Shown here: piece by piece, positions 1 through 14,666 of the stretch
Layout of the letters: every line of letters starts with the position of its first letter
How positions within the stretch are numbered: the stretch's first letter is position 1
Source: Octopus bimaculoides
Taxonomy: Eukaryota
Direction of reading: 5' to 3'
Assembly: GCF_001194135.2 (NCBI RefSeq)
Contig: NC_068986.1
Location: forward strand, 92,747,600 to 92,811,599
Length of the DNA stretch: 64,000 nt
Notes under the pieces: generated by a model
Seen by the model: the letters and a program-made list of their open reading frames with translations, nothing else
Database searches by the model: none
What the model was told of the DNA's origin: nothing
Translations under genes and position numbers: made by a program

Positions 1-374
1 ATTAATCATTCAAATATTTACTCCAACTTAGCTTTAATTTATGCTAAATTATGCATTCCTTTTCTTCATCTCATTGTTTCCTATTTACCCTCTCACCTTA
101 CCATTAATTTATTCACAAACTCTCACTATATCTGATATCACTTATTATATTATACAGTGACATAATTCCCAGTCCATTAACTTTAATTCATACTAGTTCA
201 TTAATATTTTCCATTCTCCCACTTAGAATTGTGTATCCTCTAACCTTCTTAGCTCTAATTTATGCTGATCTATTCACTCTTCTCTTACTTCTTTTAGCAG
301 TTATGTACTTCCCACTCTCAAATATTCAATTTATGTTAATTAATTCATGTATTCTTTCTCCTTTGTTTTTATAG

Positions 375-448
375 GTGAATAATTGCACAAAGAAACGGCG
401 GTTAATAATGCTGAATGATGCACTTGTGTGCATCAAGGTGCAGGAAAG
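375..448 (+). CDS. ARHGEF10: ARHGEF10-like exon ([24 protein letters not shown]), start of PH-like region
   Basis: tttttatag| acceptor at 373-374, |gtatgt donor at 449; 74 nt, ends in phase 2. Confidence 0.85.
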
Positions 449-928
449 GTATGTGTATGCAGATGTTATACTCGTTGATGCTAATGTTTAATCCTGGGTT
501 AATCTTGATCCAGTACATCTGTGATCAAAGGTATAAACAACCATAATCATAATGTCCTAATGTGTCCTTTTTCAAATGGTTGAATGGGATTTGAAGGAAA
601 TTTGACTTCAATTTCCTTCAGTTATATTGACCAAGAGAGTCCCTCTTTGGAGTTGTGTGTATGTGTGTGTGTGTATGTGTGTGTGTATGCACATACATGC
701 ATACAAACACACACACACATATTCACACTCACATCTATTAAAAAATGTTTTTAAAAAAATTTCTTGATAAATGTAGGGGTAGATTTGTTGTAATAATTTT
801 GCTTCCCATCCACACACACACACACATACACTAATACACTGACATGCACACACTGACATACACACTGATGCACACACATTAACACACACACACACACACA
901 CACACACACTGACACACACACACACACT

Positions 929-968
<40 letters not shown>

Positions 969-1655
969 AATGTCAACCAATAAGAATGAGTGCTCAACAG
1001 CCACTACATTGGTGGATAAAATTTCTTTATTTGTGTATGATGGCTACTGTTGGTTTCATGTTAAGAAAAAATATGTTAATATCTTAACAATTTTTCAAGC
1101 TGATCCAGAGTCTTGAAGGATTTTAGTCAAACAAATCAACTCCAGGACTTATTTTTTAAGCCTAGTACTTATTCTATTGGTCTCTTTTGCCAAACTGCTA
1201 AGTTACAGGGACATAAACACACCAACACCGGTTGGCAAGTGGTGATAGGGAGACAAGCACAGACACAAAGACACACACACAGATATATGCATACATCATC
1301 ATCATCATCATCATGTATGTATATATCTGTGTGTCTTTGCGTCTATGTTTGTCTCCCCTATTACCACTTCTCAACTGGTGTTGGTGTGTTTGTCCCCGTA
1401 ACTTAGCAGTTTTATATATATATGTATACAATGGGCTTCTTTCAGTTTCCATCTACTAAATCCACTAACAAGGCTTTGGTTGGCCCAAGGCTATAGTAGA
1501 AAACACTTGTCTAGAGTACCATACAGTGGGACTAAACCTCAAACTATGTTGTTGGGAAGCAAGCTTCTTACCACACAGCCCCATCTGAGCTATATATATA
1601 TATATATATATTTAAAGCACTTCCACAGAAAGGAACACAGAAAGAAACAAGGAGA

Positions 1656-1697
<42 letters not shown>

Positions 1698-1951
1698 NNN
1701 NNNNNNNNNNNNNNNNNNNNNNNNNNNNNNNNNNNNNNNNNNNNNNNNNNNNNNNNNNNNNNNNNNNNNNNNNNNNNNNNNNNNNNNNATACAAATGACG
1801 AAGACAGATGTATGAACAACAAGGTGTATTAATTAGACACTCGGGAAAGTGAGAAAGCCTTTTACATTTCGAGCCTATGCTCTTCAACAGAAAGGAATAA
1901 GAGAAAATAAACAGAGAGAAAATAAAAAAAACTTGTGTATTTAGCAATATA

Positions 1952-1997
<46 letters not shown>

Positions 1998-4673
1998 ATT
2001 AATTGATCATAATCATTTCTTAATAATAATAATGGATGTATTTGATTACAGTGAAAGAGATGGTGAGCTCATTGAACGGTACAAACACAAGTGGACTGTC
2101 CCTTTACAGGATGTACGGCTAAAGTCCAGCTGTAGCATGCTACCCAAGATGAAATCTCCATATACACTGACAGAACCATATGGCTTCCAAAGAATTGGTA
2201 AGGTTTTGGTGATACCCCACCTCATTTGGCACTACAAATATCTGAGTTTTTTTGAAGAACGTAAGAATAGCTTAACCTCTGGAGCAACCCTTGAGGGTAG
2301 CCTGTTGAGTGATACATGAGAGTAGCTTAATTTGTTGAGTGATACTTGAATATAGTTCAGATGTTACTGTTGAATGCTACTGGTTTTGTTGAGTGATGCA
2401 TGAGAGTAGCTTGAAGATAACTGAGCTTGTTGAGTGACACTTGAGGGTGGATTATCTTGTTGAATGAAACTTAACAGTAGTGATACTTGTTGAGTGATAC
2501 TTGAGAGTATATTATTTTGTTGAGTGATACTTGAAGGTAGTTTAGCTTGTTGAGAGATACTTAATGGTAGCTTAGCTTACTAAGTTATACTTGAGGACAG
2601 ATTATTCTGTTGCATGATAACTGAAGGTAGCTAAGCTTATTGAGTGATACTTAAGTCTCACTTATTGAACGAACTCGAAGGTAGGTTAATCTATCTTCTC
2701 TTTCTCTTTCTTTCTTTCTCTCACTCCCTTTCTCAGTTTGCTTCTCTTTCTCTGTCTCTCTCTGTTTCTCTTGTTCTCTGTCGTTTGCTGTCAACAATTG
2801 TTTTTCTTTCACTCTTTCTTCCTCTATCCCAACCTTTCAGTCTATTTATCTCTTTATCTGTCTGTCTGTTTATTAATTTGTTTATTAAAATTTCAGACTC
2901 TAAAAGTAAAAATGTAGAAGACATTTATGAAGAGATCTATGCAATGAATCACGATTATAGTATATGGAGCCAAATGCACAACCTTGCTTCGTCCCTCAAA
3001 CTAACATATGAAGTAAGTCATACTTTTCTCCCTGTAAAAGCACTGAACTTAATGCAACGTTTCTCAACCGGGGTTTCCCAGAACCCTAGGGTTCCGCAAA
3101 AGGTCCCTAGGGTTTCTGCAAGAAAGAGTGAGATAAGCTAATGCTAACTTCATGATCGTCATAATATATATCATTATCATCATCATCGTTTAATGTCTGC
3201 CTTCCATACTGGCATAGGTTGGACAGTTTGACTGAGGACTGGTGAGCCAGAAGGCTGCACCAGGCTCCAGTCTGATTTGGCAGAGTTTCTACAGCTGGAT
3301 GCCCTTACTAATGCCAACCACTCTGAGAGTGTAGTGGGTGCTTTTACGTGCTACTGGCACGAAGGCCAGTCAGATGGTACTGGCAACAGCCACGCTCGAA
3401 ATGGTGTTTTTTACATGCCACCTGCACAGGAGCCAGTCCAGCAGCACTGGCAACAACCTTGCTCGAATGTGTTTTCATGTGCCACCGGCAGAAGTGCCAG
3501 TAAGGTGACACTGGTAACGAGCACGCTCAAATGATGTTAATTACGTGCCACTGGCATGGAAGCCAGACAGTTGCTCTGGCAATGATCACGCTCGGACGCT
3601 CCACTGGTACATATATATGACATTTATCATGTGACTTATGATGCAAAAAATATGAAAAAGGTATGGTATATAATTTTTTTGTGCAGGGGTTTCTTGAGAC
3701 ATGTAATTTATTTTAAGGGTTACACAAGGTTGAGAAATGCTGACCTAATACATAACCTTGACTCATCCCTTGAGTGTGCATATGATGTGATTGTCTTTTC
3801 CTACAGAACATTGAGCCGAATGCATAACCTTGTATCATCACTCAAGCTATCATATGATGCAAATGATTGTCTCTCATTTCTTCTTATCAAATCCATTGGA
3901 TGGTTTGTGGGAAGATTGGCAGAAATAAAGCCACGGCATGAATGTTCCTTTCTTGTTCCTGTCTCACACTGTAACACAATGAGCCTAACACACAATGTGT
4001 ATTATTTCTCAAGTTGTCATGTGATTGTCTAATACATTGTTTACTATAATACTGTCTACTATAAAATTGCCTGCTATAATACATTAAAAGTTCATATGTA
4101 GCTGCGTGTTTGACAAGTTTGTTTTGCAGTTATAAGGCTTCAAGTTGGTTCTCTCCACAAAGCATTTTGGCCATTTGTCTTTCGTTATAAACCTACATCA
4201 CTCACAAATTTTAAGACTGTACCCCTGCATAGCCAAATTTCAATGACTGAATCCAGTAAATGAATCCTGGAAACATGATATCTGTAACTATTGTTCTGTC
4301 TATCTGTCTGTCTGTCTCTCTCTCTCTCTCACCTCCCCCACACCCATACACACACATTTTTTCTTTCTCTCCCACTCATATACACTCTGTTACTCAGGCA
4401 CAATTACTCTCATGTGCTCACACACACACACTCTCTCTTCCTCCCACTCTTTCCTATTTTTCTCTCTTCTACTCTCTTTCTCTCCCTCTCTCCCTCTCTT
4501 TCTCATTCTCTTTCTCTCTCTTACACATACTCTCTCTTATACAAACTGTCTCTCTCAATCTCTAATACACACTCATTTTCTCTATCTTATACACACACAC
4601 ACACTCTTTCTCTCTCTTTTACACATATTCTATCTCTTATTCTCTTTCTCTCTCTTACACATACTATCTCTAA

Positions 4674-4705
<32 letters not shown>

Positions 4706-6286
4706 TATACACACATGCTTTCTCTATCTTACACACAAACACACACACTCTCCCTCTCTCTTGCCCACACAGTCACCCAGCCACTAATACCCCACCTCAC
4801 TCACAATTGTTTTGCTCTCTTGTTGTTAACTCAGTCATTAACCAGTAACTATTGTTGTTATGCGTCTACATCCACCAGGTCCTTAACGAAGAGTTAATCA
4901 ATGGTATATTGAGTGACCTTCAGCACCGAATTCAAGTCCAAACTGAACAAGTCCAGCTTGTGAATAACTGTATCATAGAACTGGAGATTCCTGACAAGTA
5001 GGTCTAAAGTCTTTTATTACTCATTTACTCTTTTACTGCTTTCAGTCATTTGACTGCGGCCATGCTGGAGCACCGCCTTTAGTCGAGCAAATTGACCCCA
5101 GGACTTATTCTTTTGTAAGCCTTGTACTTATTCTATCGGTCTCTTTTTGCTGAACTGCTAAGTTACAGGGACGTAAACATACCAGCATCGGTTGTCAAGT
5201 GATGTTGGGGGGACAGACACACAAACACACATACATCATCTATATACATATATACGATGGGCTTCTTTCAGTTTCCATCGACCAAATCCACTCACAAGGC
5301 TTTGGTCAGCTCGAGGCTATAGTAGAAGACACTTGCCGAAGGTGCCACGCAGTAGGACTGAACCCGGGAACCATGTGGTTGGTAAGCAAGCTACTTACTA
5401 CACAGCCACTCCTGCGCCTATATTTATTAATATTTTCTCTTTAATTCTTCGTCACATTTGGTGAAAATGATGCTGCTGTCAAGGATGAAGGACTCTTGTT
5501 CCTATTCAAATTTTAAACAGTCTGTTGATGGAGTCTCTAAAATGCTATATGAAAAAATGGCTTGACCCCTAAATCCCAAAACAGCACATGAGACCTTGTT
5601 TATTATTGATTTATTGATCATATGAGATCCTAAACCAAGGTGCCATGTAAAAAACATTGGTATGGGTGCTGGTGCCACTTAAAAAGCACTGGTAATAGTG
5701 CCATGTGAAAAGCATCCAGTACACTCTGTGGAGTGGTTGTTAACAGGAAGGGCATGAAGCCATAGAAACCAAGCCAAAACAGACTATGAAACCGATGTGG
5801 CCACTTGCCTTACCAGTTCCTGTCATGCTGTCCAATCCATGCTAGCATGGAAAACAGACATTAAATGTTGATGATGCTGATGATGATGAATATCATCATC
5901 ATCATCATCACTGTTCCAGGGTAATATGGTAATGGTCAACTGTGAATCATGTTACGCTTATCGTGGATGGATGGATAGATGCATTGGATGGATGGACAGA
6001 CAAAATTTCGTGTTTATTATCATAGACTCTTCAATTGAGTCAAATACAATTCTGATTATGTAAAAGAAAGAAAGGAAGCTGGGTTGATGACCTTCAAATT
6101 TGGTTTTGTTTTATTGTTGTTATTGTGTATGTTTCAATTTATTTAGATTTCAATTTTGTTTTGTTTCAGATCAGGAAAAGTTTGTGAAGTTTTCCAGACA
6201 TGGACTCCAACAATGAAACAACATTGGTGCCTGGATTTGGCCATTGCCAAATTAGCATTAAGTATGAAAAATCACACTTTATCTGC

Positions 6287-6336
<50 letters not shown>

Positions 6337-7012
6337 NNNNNNNNNNNNNNNNNNNNNNNNNNNNNNNNNNNNNNNNNNNNNNNNNNNNNNNNNNNNNNNN
6401 NNNNNNNNNNNNNNNNNNNNNNNNNNNNNNNNNNNNNNNNNNNNNNNNNNNNNNNNNNNNNNNNNNNNNNNNNNNNNNNNNNNNNNNNNNNNNNNNNNNN
6501 NNNNNNNNNNNNNNNNNNNNNNNNNNNNNNNNNNNNNNNNNNNNNNNNNNNNNNNNNNNNNNNNNNNNNNNCATCAGAAATATAGAAAAAGTCCAAAGAA
6601 GGGAAGACGGAGAAAGAAAATTGTCAACGATGCACACGCAGTCACATCGTTGGCGATTTTCTTTCTCCGTCTTCCCTTCTTTGGACTTTTTCTATATTTC
6701 TGATGAAGAGCTCAGCTCAAAACGTGAAATCCTCTTTCTTTTCTTTCCTTTCCTGAGCGTCCAATAACACTGTACTTGTACCACATCCTCGCATTGTTTG
6801 GATTGACTATATACCGCCCGCTCACATGGACCTCAGCCTTCTGACTGACTTTGGAGATACCTAATTCCTGGAATTCTTGTACCTCTGGATTACTGTTCCT
6901 GTTCATTCGGATTACACCACTCTACACCTTGAGTGGAAATCATTTATACATACATACATGCACACACACACATACACACATACTCACACACACACAAACA
7001 CACACACATACT

Positions 7013-7046
<34 letters not shown>

Positions 7047-9360
7047 TGTATATAAGGAGATGAATAAGAGAAAATGGATCGAACAACATTCTTTATTTCA
7101 TATCACTACAATTGTTTCAACATGCTTTAAACACCCGTAATACATTGATGAGATGATATTGTCAACATATTGTGTAATCACTCTCCTTCATCAAAGGGGC
7201 AAACTGTGTTTTTCCATTGGTTATTTTGAATATACTCTTTGTTAGATCGTACTGTCATTTCACTCTACAAAAATAAATACACAAAGCAGGGTGCTATTTT
7301 CAGCCTCGGGTATATAATTTTTAGCAAGTTTATTTTCTAGAATGGGTGGAGATTATTGTTTACGTAGGTCCAGACACCCCAGAAAAACAACTTGCTGAAA
7401 ACTATAAAAAGCCAAAATGAAACAAAGTATAGAACAGTCTGTTGAAGGTTGGCAGGTTGGAAAGTCACAGTTACCCCACTTGTAAAAGTCTAAAGAAAAA
7501 TATGTACTCTGCTAAAAAGTTTTGAATAATTCAGTTCAATGCTAAATTGCTTTTATTATAACTTCACATAAAAGCAAACATTAATAAATACATATATATG
7601 TGTATCATCATCATCATCATCATCGTTTAACGTCCGCTTTCCATGCTAGCATGGATTGGATGATTTGACTGAGGACTGGTGAACCGGATGGCTGCACTAG
7701 GCTCCAATCTGATTTGGCAGAGTTTCTACAGCTGGATGCCCTTCCTAACACCAACCACTCCAAGAGTGTAGTGGGTACTTTTATGTGCCACCGGTACGAA
7801 GGCCAGTCAGGCGGTACTGGTAATGGCCATGCTCAAAATGGTGCATTTTACGTGCCACTGCACAGGAGCCAGTTCAGCGGCACTGGCAACGACCTCGCTC
7901 GAATGTCTTTTCACGTGCCACCGGCACAAGTGCTAGTAAAGCGACGCTGGTAACGATCACACTCAAATGGTGCTATTTACGTGCCACTGGCATGGAAGCC
8001 AGACAGCTGTTCTGGCAACGATCACGCATGGACGGTGCTCTTAGCGCTCCACTGGTACAGGTGCCATCACGATTTCGCTTTCACTTGCCCCAACAGGTCT
8101 TTGCAAGCTGAGTTTAGTGTCCAATGAAGGAAAGGTACACATAAGTGGGCTGGCTACACCCCTGGCAGAGGCCTTGGATTGTGGCCTCACTTGGCTTGCC
8201 GGGTCTTCTCACGCACAGCATATTTCCAAAGGTCTCGGTCACAAGTCATTGCCTCGGTGAGGTCAAATTTTCGAAGGTCGTGCTTCACCACCTCATGCCA
8301 GGTCTTCCTGGGTCTACCTCTTCCACAGGTTCCCTCAACCGCTAGGGTGTGGCACTTTTTCACGCAGCTATCCTCATCCATTCTCACCATATGTCCATAC
8401 CAGCGCAATCATCTCTCTTGCACACCACAAGTGATACTTCTTAGGTCTAACTTTTCTCTCAAGGTACTTACACTCTGTCTAGTATGCACACTGACATTAC
8501 ACATCCATCAGAGCATAATGGCTTCATTCCTTGTGAGTTTATGCAAGATGGGTTCTGGCACCATGTAAAAGCCCCCATGCCAGAGCTGCATGAGAGTACC
8601 CAGTACACTTTGTAAAGTGGTTTGCATTAGGTAGGGCATCCTGCTGTAGAAAACATGCCAAAGACAGGCATGGAGCCTGGGCAGTTCTTCAGCTAGCTAG
8701 CTCTTGTCAAGCTGTCCAGCCTATGCCAGCATGGAAAATGGATGTTAAATGATGATGATGATGATGAGAGTGATATATATTGTAACCTATATTTGTCTTT
8801 CTTCTAAAATAATTTTGGCCTTATAGCATAAACAAAGAAGTGGTAGTGAGACGAAGAACGTGCGCTTAACTAAGATAACTGTGTATATATTTAGATGTAA
8901 TAGCACTACAAAGAAATCATGTATTTATGAGGTGGGAGTGTGAAAGTGAATAAGAAAGTATCAGGTTTGTGGTTATACAAAGCAGCAAGTTAAGGAAAGG
9001 GGAAGGGGTGAATGTATTAAATTTTACAGGGATGTTGAGGAAGAGAAAAGAAGAAAAATTATAGGTAAGTTGGAGGAGGACACATATTAACTGCACAAGG
9101 AAAACTGCTGATGGCTACTTTAATAAAGTAGAGCACAAACATGTTTAAGATTCAATAATTTCAAGGTTTTATTATTTTCTATTTTTATTTATTTGTTAAT
9201 GTGAGAAAATAACGATTCATCGGTAGGCTTCATTTCTCCTGTGAAATACATTTGAAGTAAACTTGTAACACAAAATCTTTTGCGCACACATTTATATATA
9301 CATATACATGTATATATGTATGTATGATGTATATATATATATATGTATTTGTGTATGTAT

Positions 9361-9400
<40 letters not shown>

Positions 9401-10505
9401 NNNNNNNNNNNNNNNNNNNNNNNNNNNNNNNNNNNNNNNNNNNNNNNNNNNNNNNNNNNNNNNNNNNNNNNNNNNNNNNNNNNNNNNNNNNNNNNNNNNN
9501 NNNNNNNNNNNNNNNNNNNNNNNNNNNNNNNNNNNNNNNNNNNNNNNNNNNNNNNNNNNNNNNNNNNNNNNNNNNNNNNNNNNNNNNNNNNNNNNNNNNN
9601 NNNNNNNNNNNNNNNNNNNNNNNNNNNNNNNNNNNNNNNNNNNNNNNNNNNNNNNNNNNNNNNNNNNNNNNNNNNNNNNNNNNNNNNNNNNNNNNNNNNN
9701 NNNNNNNNNNNNNNNNNNNNNNNNNNNNNNNNNNNNNNNNNNNNNNNNNNNNNNNNNNNNNNNNNNNNNNNNNNNNNNNNNNNNNNNNNNNNNNNNNNNN
9801 NNNNNNNNNNNNNNNNNNNNNNNNNNNNNNNNNNNNNNNNNNNNNNNNNNNNNNNNNNNNNNNNNNNNNNNNNNNNNNNNNNNNNNNNNNNNNNNNNNNN
9901 NNNNNNNNNNNNNNNNNNNNNNNNNNNNNNNNNNNNNNNNNNNNNNNNNNNNNNNNNNNNNNNNNNNNNNNNNNNNNNNNNNNNNNNNNNNNNNNNNNNN
10001 NNNNNNNNNNNNNNNNNNNNNNNNNNNNNNNNNNNNNNNNNNNNNNNNNNNNNNNNNNNNNNNNNNNNNNNNNNNNNNNNNNNNNNNNNNNNNNNNNNNN
10101 NNNNNNNNNNNNNNNNNNNNNNNNNNNNNNNNNNNNNNNNNNNNNNNNNNNNNNNNNNNNNNNNNNNNNNNNNNNNNNNNNNNNNNNNNNNNNNNNNNNN
10201 NNNNNNNNNNNNNNNNNNNNNNNNNNNNNNNNNNNNNNNNNNNNNNNNNNNGAACCATGCTGCGTACTGATTCGTGCTTCATATGTTGTCTGGTCAATTC
10301 TGCTGACGATAGTCCGACCTTGTAAGATATAATCTTTATCTTACTAAAATTGACTTGAAACCATGGTACAGAATATAGATTGGTAAAAGTTTTTATTTTT
10401 CATTTCCTTTCGAAATTATCCCTAACTTTTGTGGTATGTAGTATTTTTGCTGCTATTTCTAGCGAGTAGATGTCCTATTATAGGCGTCTCTACATTTCTA
10501 ATGAA

Positions 10506-10536
<31 letters not shown>

Positions 10537-11189
10537 GTACACACACACACATACACACACACACACACACGCACTCATACGTATATGTACATATCTCCCT
10601 TTCTTCTCTCTAGGTCCTCAAAACCAACCTGGCTGGGATGTACCAGTTTTAAACACTGATCAGCTGACCGAGAGCCTTTCTGCCTTCCATGTTAGTTCCT
10701 TAGCCATTGACGTGTCAACCCACATGAGTCAGGTAAGACCAACATGCTTGGACATTTACTCCTTGTGTCTATCTTACATTTAACCTACTCCTCATCCTAG
10801 CTCCAAACAACATACAATGTACTACAAACTACAATTTCTCTCTACTTCATACAAAGCTCAACCTTCCTATATCATCTGTTTGTTCTTATATTCTTATATT
10901 CTTCCATTCTTTTGTATTCTTTTCTTTCTTTCAGCCATTGGTCTGTAGCTATGGTGGGATACTTCTTTGAAGAGTTTGGTTAAATTTTAAAAAATCAACC
11001 CCAATTTTTACATTATTTAGAAATTTAAAGTCTGGTAATTAATGTTATCAGACTCCTTTTCTGAATAGCTAAGTTAAGGGAAAGGGCTATAAACAAACCA
11101 ACCCTGGTTGTCAAATGGTTGTGGTGCTGGAGGTCAAACACAAAGACACACACACACATGCATATATATATTTACACTCACATGCACAC

Positions 11190-11220
<31 letters not shown>

Positions 11221-13066
11221 TGTATGTATGTATGTATGTATGTGCTGACAGCTCCTTAAAGAAGTGTCAAGCTCTCACAGTTGATGGAACATGTAGAAGA
11301 GGGAGACTCTGGGAGACATTGGAGAAAGTACTGAAAGATGATCTCAGAACGCTGAACCTTTCAGACAAGATGACAAAGGACCAAGATACCTGGCACCTTG
11401 CTATACTCAGGAAGACCAGTACTCCATAGCAAAAGTGCTAAGGCCACACATCTTGGTCATGCTTGTGTGGTGTCATGTAAAAGCACCAAACACACTCTTT
11501 AAAATGGTTGTTGTTAGGAAGGGCATCCAGCTGTAGAAACCATGCAAAATCAGACAGGAACCTGGTGCAGCTCTCCGGTTTGTCAGCTCTGGTCAAACCA
11601 TCCAACCTATGCCAATATGGTAACCAGACATTAAATGATGATTATGAGGAGGATGCATGTATGTATATATCTATATATATATATGTGAACAGAAGGTATA
11701 TTGCTCAGTAGTTAGAGCTTTGGGCTCACAATCATGTGGTAGTGAGTTTGCATCCTGGACTGGGTTGTGTGTTGTGTTCTTGGATAAGACATTTTATTTC
11801 ACATTACTCCAGTTCACTCAGCTGTAGAAATGAGTTGCCACGTCACTCGTGCCAAGCTGTATCAGCCTTTACTTTTCGCTTGGATAACATTGGTGGCATG
11901 GAGAGAAGAGGTTGGTATGCATAGATGACTGCTGGTCTTCCATAAACAACCTTGCCTGGACTTGTGCCTCAGAGGGTAACTTTCTAGGTGCAATCCCATG
12001 GTCATTTATGATCAGTGGGGCTCTTTATTGGAGAGCATCTAGCCATAGAAACCTAGCCAAAGCTAGCATTGGAGCCAAACACAGCCTTCTAGCTAACTGA
12101 TCTTGTTGAACCATTCAAATTATGCCAGAATGGTATATGGATGTTAAATAATAATGATAATGATGGTAACATACATTGACACTGGGTTTCCACACAGTTT
12201 TTGTCTTCTAAATTCACTCCAAAGTCATTGGTCAGCCTGGGGCTATAGCAAAAGACACTTACCCAAGGTGCCATGCAGCGGGGCTGAAACTCAAACCACA
12301 TTGTTGAGAAGTAAGCTTCTTCATCACACAGCCATCATAGTAATAATAATCCCTTCTACTAAAGACACAAGGCCTGAAATTTTGTGAGAGGGGACTAGTG
12401 AATTACATCGAGAGGGGACTAGTCAATTACCAATGTCTCACTGGTACTTAATTTATCAACTCTGAAAGAATGAAAAGCAAAGTCGACCTTGGCAGAATTT
12501 GAACTCAGAATGTAAAGATGAATGAAATACTGTTAAGCATTTTGCCCAGTGTGCTAATGATTCTGCCAGCTCGTCACCTTTTTAATCATCATCATCATCA
12601 TCATCATCATCACCATTTAACGTCTGTTGTCCATGCTGGCATGGGTTGGATGGTTTGACCAGGGTTGGTAAGCTGGAAGGCTGCATTAGACTCCAGTCTG
12701 ATTTGGCATGGTTTTCTATGGCTTGATGCCTTCCTAATGGCAACCACTCCAAGAGTGTAATGGGTGCTTTTACGTGCCACTGCCATGGGTGCCATTTTCA
12801 TGACACCAGTTTCTGCCACGACTGCGATTTTGCTTGGCTTGATAGGTCTTCTTCTCAAGTATGACATAATACCAAAGGTTTCGGTCATTGCCTTAGCAAT
12901 ACATATGGAAATTCCAGTTATTTTGAAAATTATATGATAAAATATTATATTTTTCTGAAATATTTGATTCTTGAGAAGATATAAAAATCCACATGGACAG
13001 TATTGAAGAGGCAATCAATCACTCACTCACTCACTCAATGAATGAATCAATCAATTGATTAATCAC

Positions 13067-13125
<59 letters not shown>

Positions 13126-13180
13126 GTCTGGCTGTCTGTCTGTCTATCTATTTATCTGTTTATCTATCTATCTATCTATC

Positions 13181-13236
<56 letters not shown>

Positions 13237-14621
13237 TCTATCTATCTATCTACCTACCTATCTATTTGTCTGTCTTTCTCTCTATCTCATATTCTACCTA
13301 CTTTTCTGTCGATGTATGTATCTGTCCTCTCTAACAAAATGGATAGACATTTGAACCAAATAATTAAAGCAAAAATTGATAAACAGTTGCACTGCTTCAG
13401 CATGGCTGCAGTAAAAGTAACATCCACAACTATTTTCTAAAGTTATTCTGCTTCGATTTACCTATATCTTGATATATCTAGCCATCCATCTTTCTGTCTT
13501 CTATCTCTCAATAAATCTATCTATCCACATAGATACATCAACAGATCAAGAAATATTGCAATGGCTGAACATTAAAACCTGTAGCAACAACTAAACTTTT
13601 ATTTTTATTGCCTATTACAATACTCTATTATATGAGGTTTAAAATCATGTAACTGCTTTCCACTCTCACGTTCCTTTCAATCAACACTCACTCTCACTCT
13701 CTTTCTCTTTCTCTCTCTCTCTCTCTTTCTTTCTCTCTCTCTCTTTGCCTCTCATTTCAACTATATGCTCCTGCATTTAACATGTTTTTATCTCTATCTA
13801 CTTTCTACCTCTTTCTTCAATTAACTAATCTCACAACATAATGGCAATACTTTTCTCTTGCTTCTCAGTGCTAACACACTTTTCTCTCTCTCTTTTTGCC
13901 TTTCCATTTAACTAATCACACGACAGTCGCATTCGATCTTATCATAATAACTATTACTTTCCTCCTACCACCTGTTGTTAACATGTCCCATACCCTCTTT
14001 TTCTCTCACTCGTTGCCTCTCCCTTCAACAAATCACATGGCAGTGTAATGCATTTGGCCTTAGTGTATTAATAGATAGATAATAATAATATTTTTCTTTT
14101 CTTCTCTCTCTCTGCAGCTGCAGTGTGCAGTTGGTGTCTATCTGCAGTCTTTTACTGGTTACAACATAAAAATCCCTCACATCTGGGTATGCAGCAACAT
14201 TGCTGAGAGTGGTGGTCAGGTGTCCATTATATCAGTGCAGACAGGCTGCAGTTCTGTCTATCTGAATGAAGCATTCCAGGCCACTGATTCAGCCATAACA
14301 TGCGTGGAGAGTGTTGTAGGTAACAGCAGCCTTGATGGTTGGACCACATCTATGGATACTGTCTGGATGGCTACTGAGACATGCAAGTGAGTATCTTGAC
14401 TCATTGTCATCTCACTACTTATTATGTGTGTGTGTGTGTGTGTGTATGTGTTTGTGTGTGTGTGTGTGTGTGTGTTAGTGATGTGTGAAGCTGCATGCAT
14501 AAATTGGCATGGAAATTTTTATGAGTGCATAGATGTTTTGTGCATGTATGAATGTTTACTGTGTGTGTAAAGATCCATATGCATGTGTAAATGTGGTGTA
14601 TGCTCTATTCATGTGTGTGTG

Positions 14622-14666
<45 letters not shown>

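Noticed and set aside
1-360. Weak ~74-bp periodicity of an aatttatg motif upstream of the first exon
   Set aside because: Similarity between units is too low to separate from AT/CT-rich background by eye.
2289-2690. CRISPR-like appearance of the 30-bp repeat
   Set aside because: Units are contiguous and uniformly diverged with no unique spacers; the context is eukaryotic and there are no cas genes.
10252-10321. Exon-like stretch after the gap with a |gtaaga donor ([13 protein letters not shown]...)
   Set aside because: The phase-0 frame contains a stop, and the gene is already complete in phase through exon 10614-10732.
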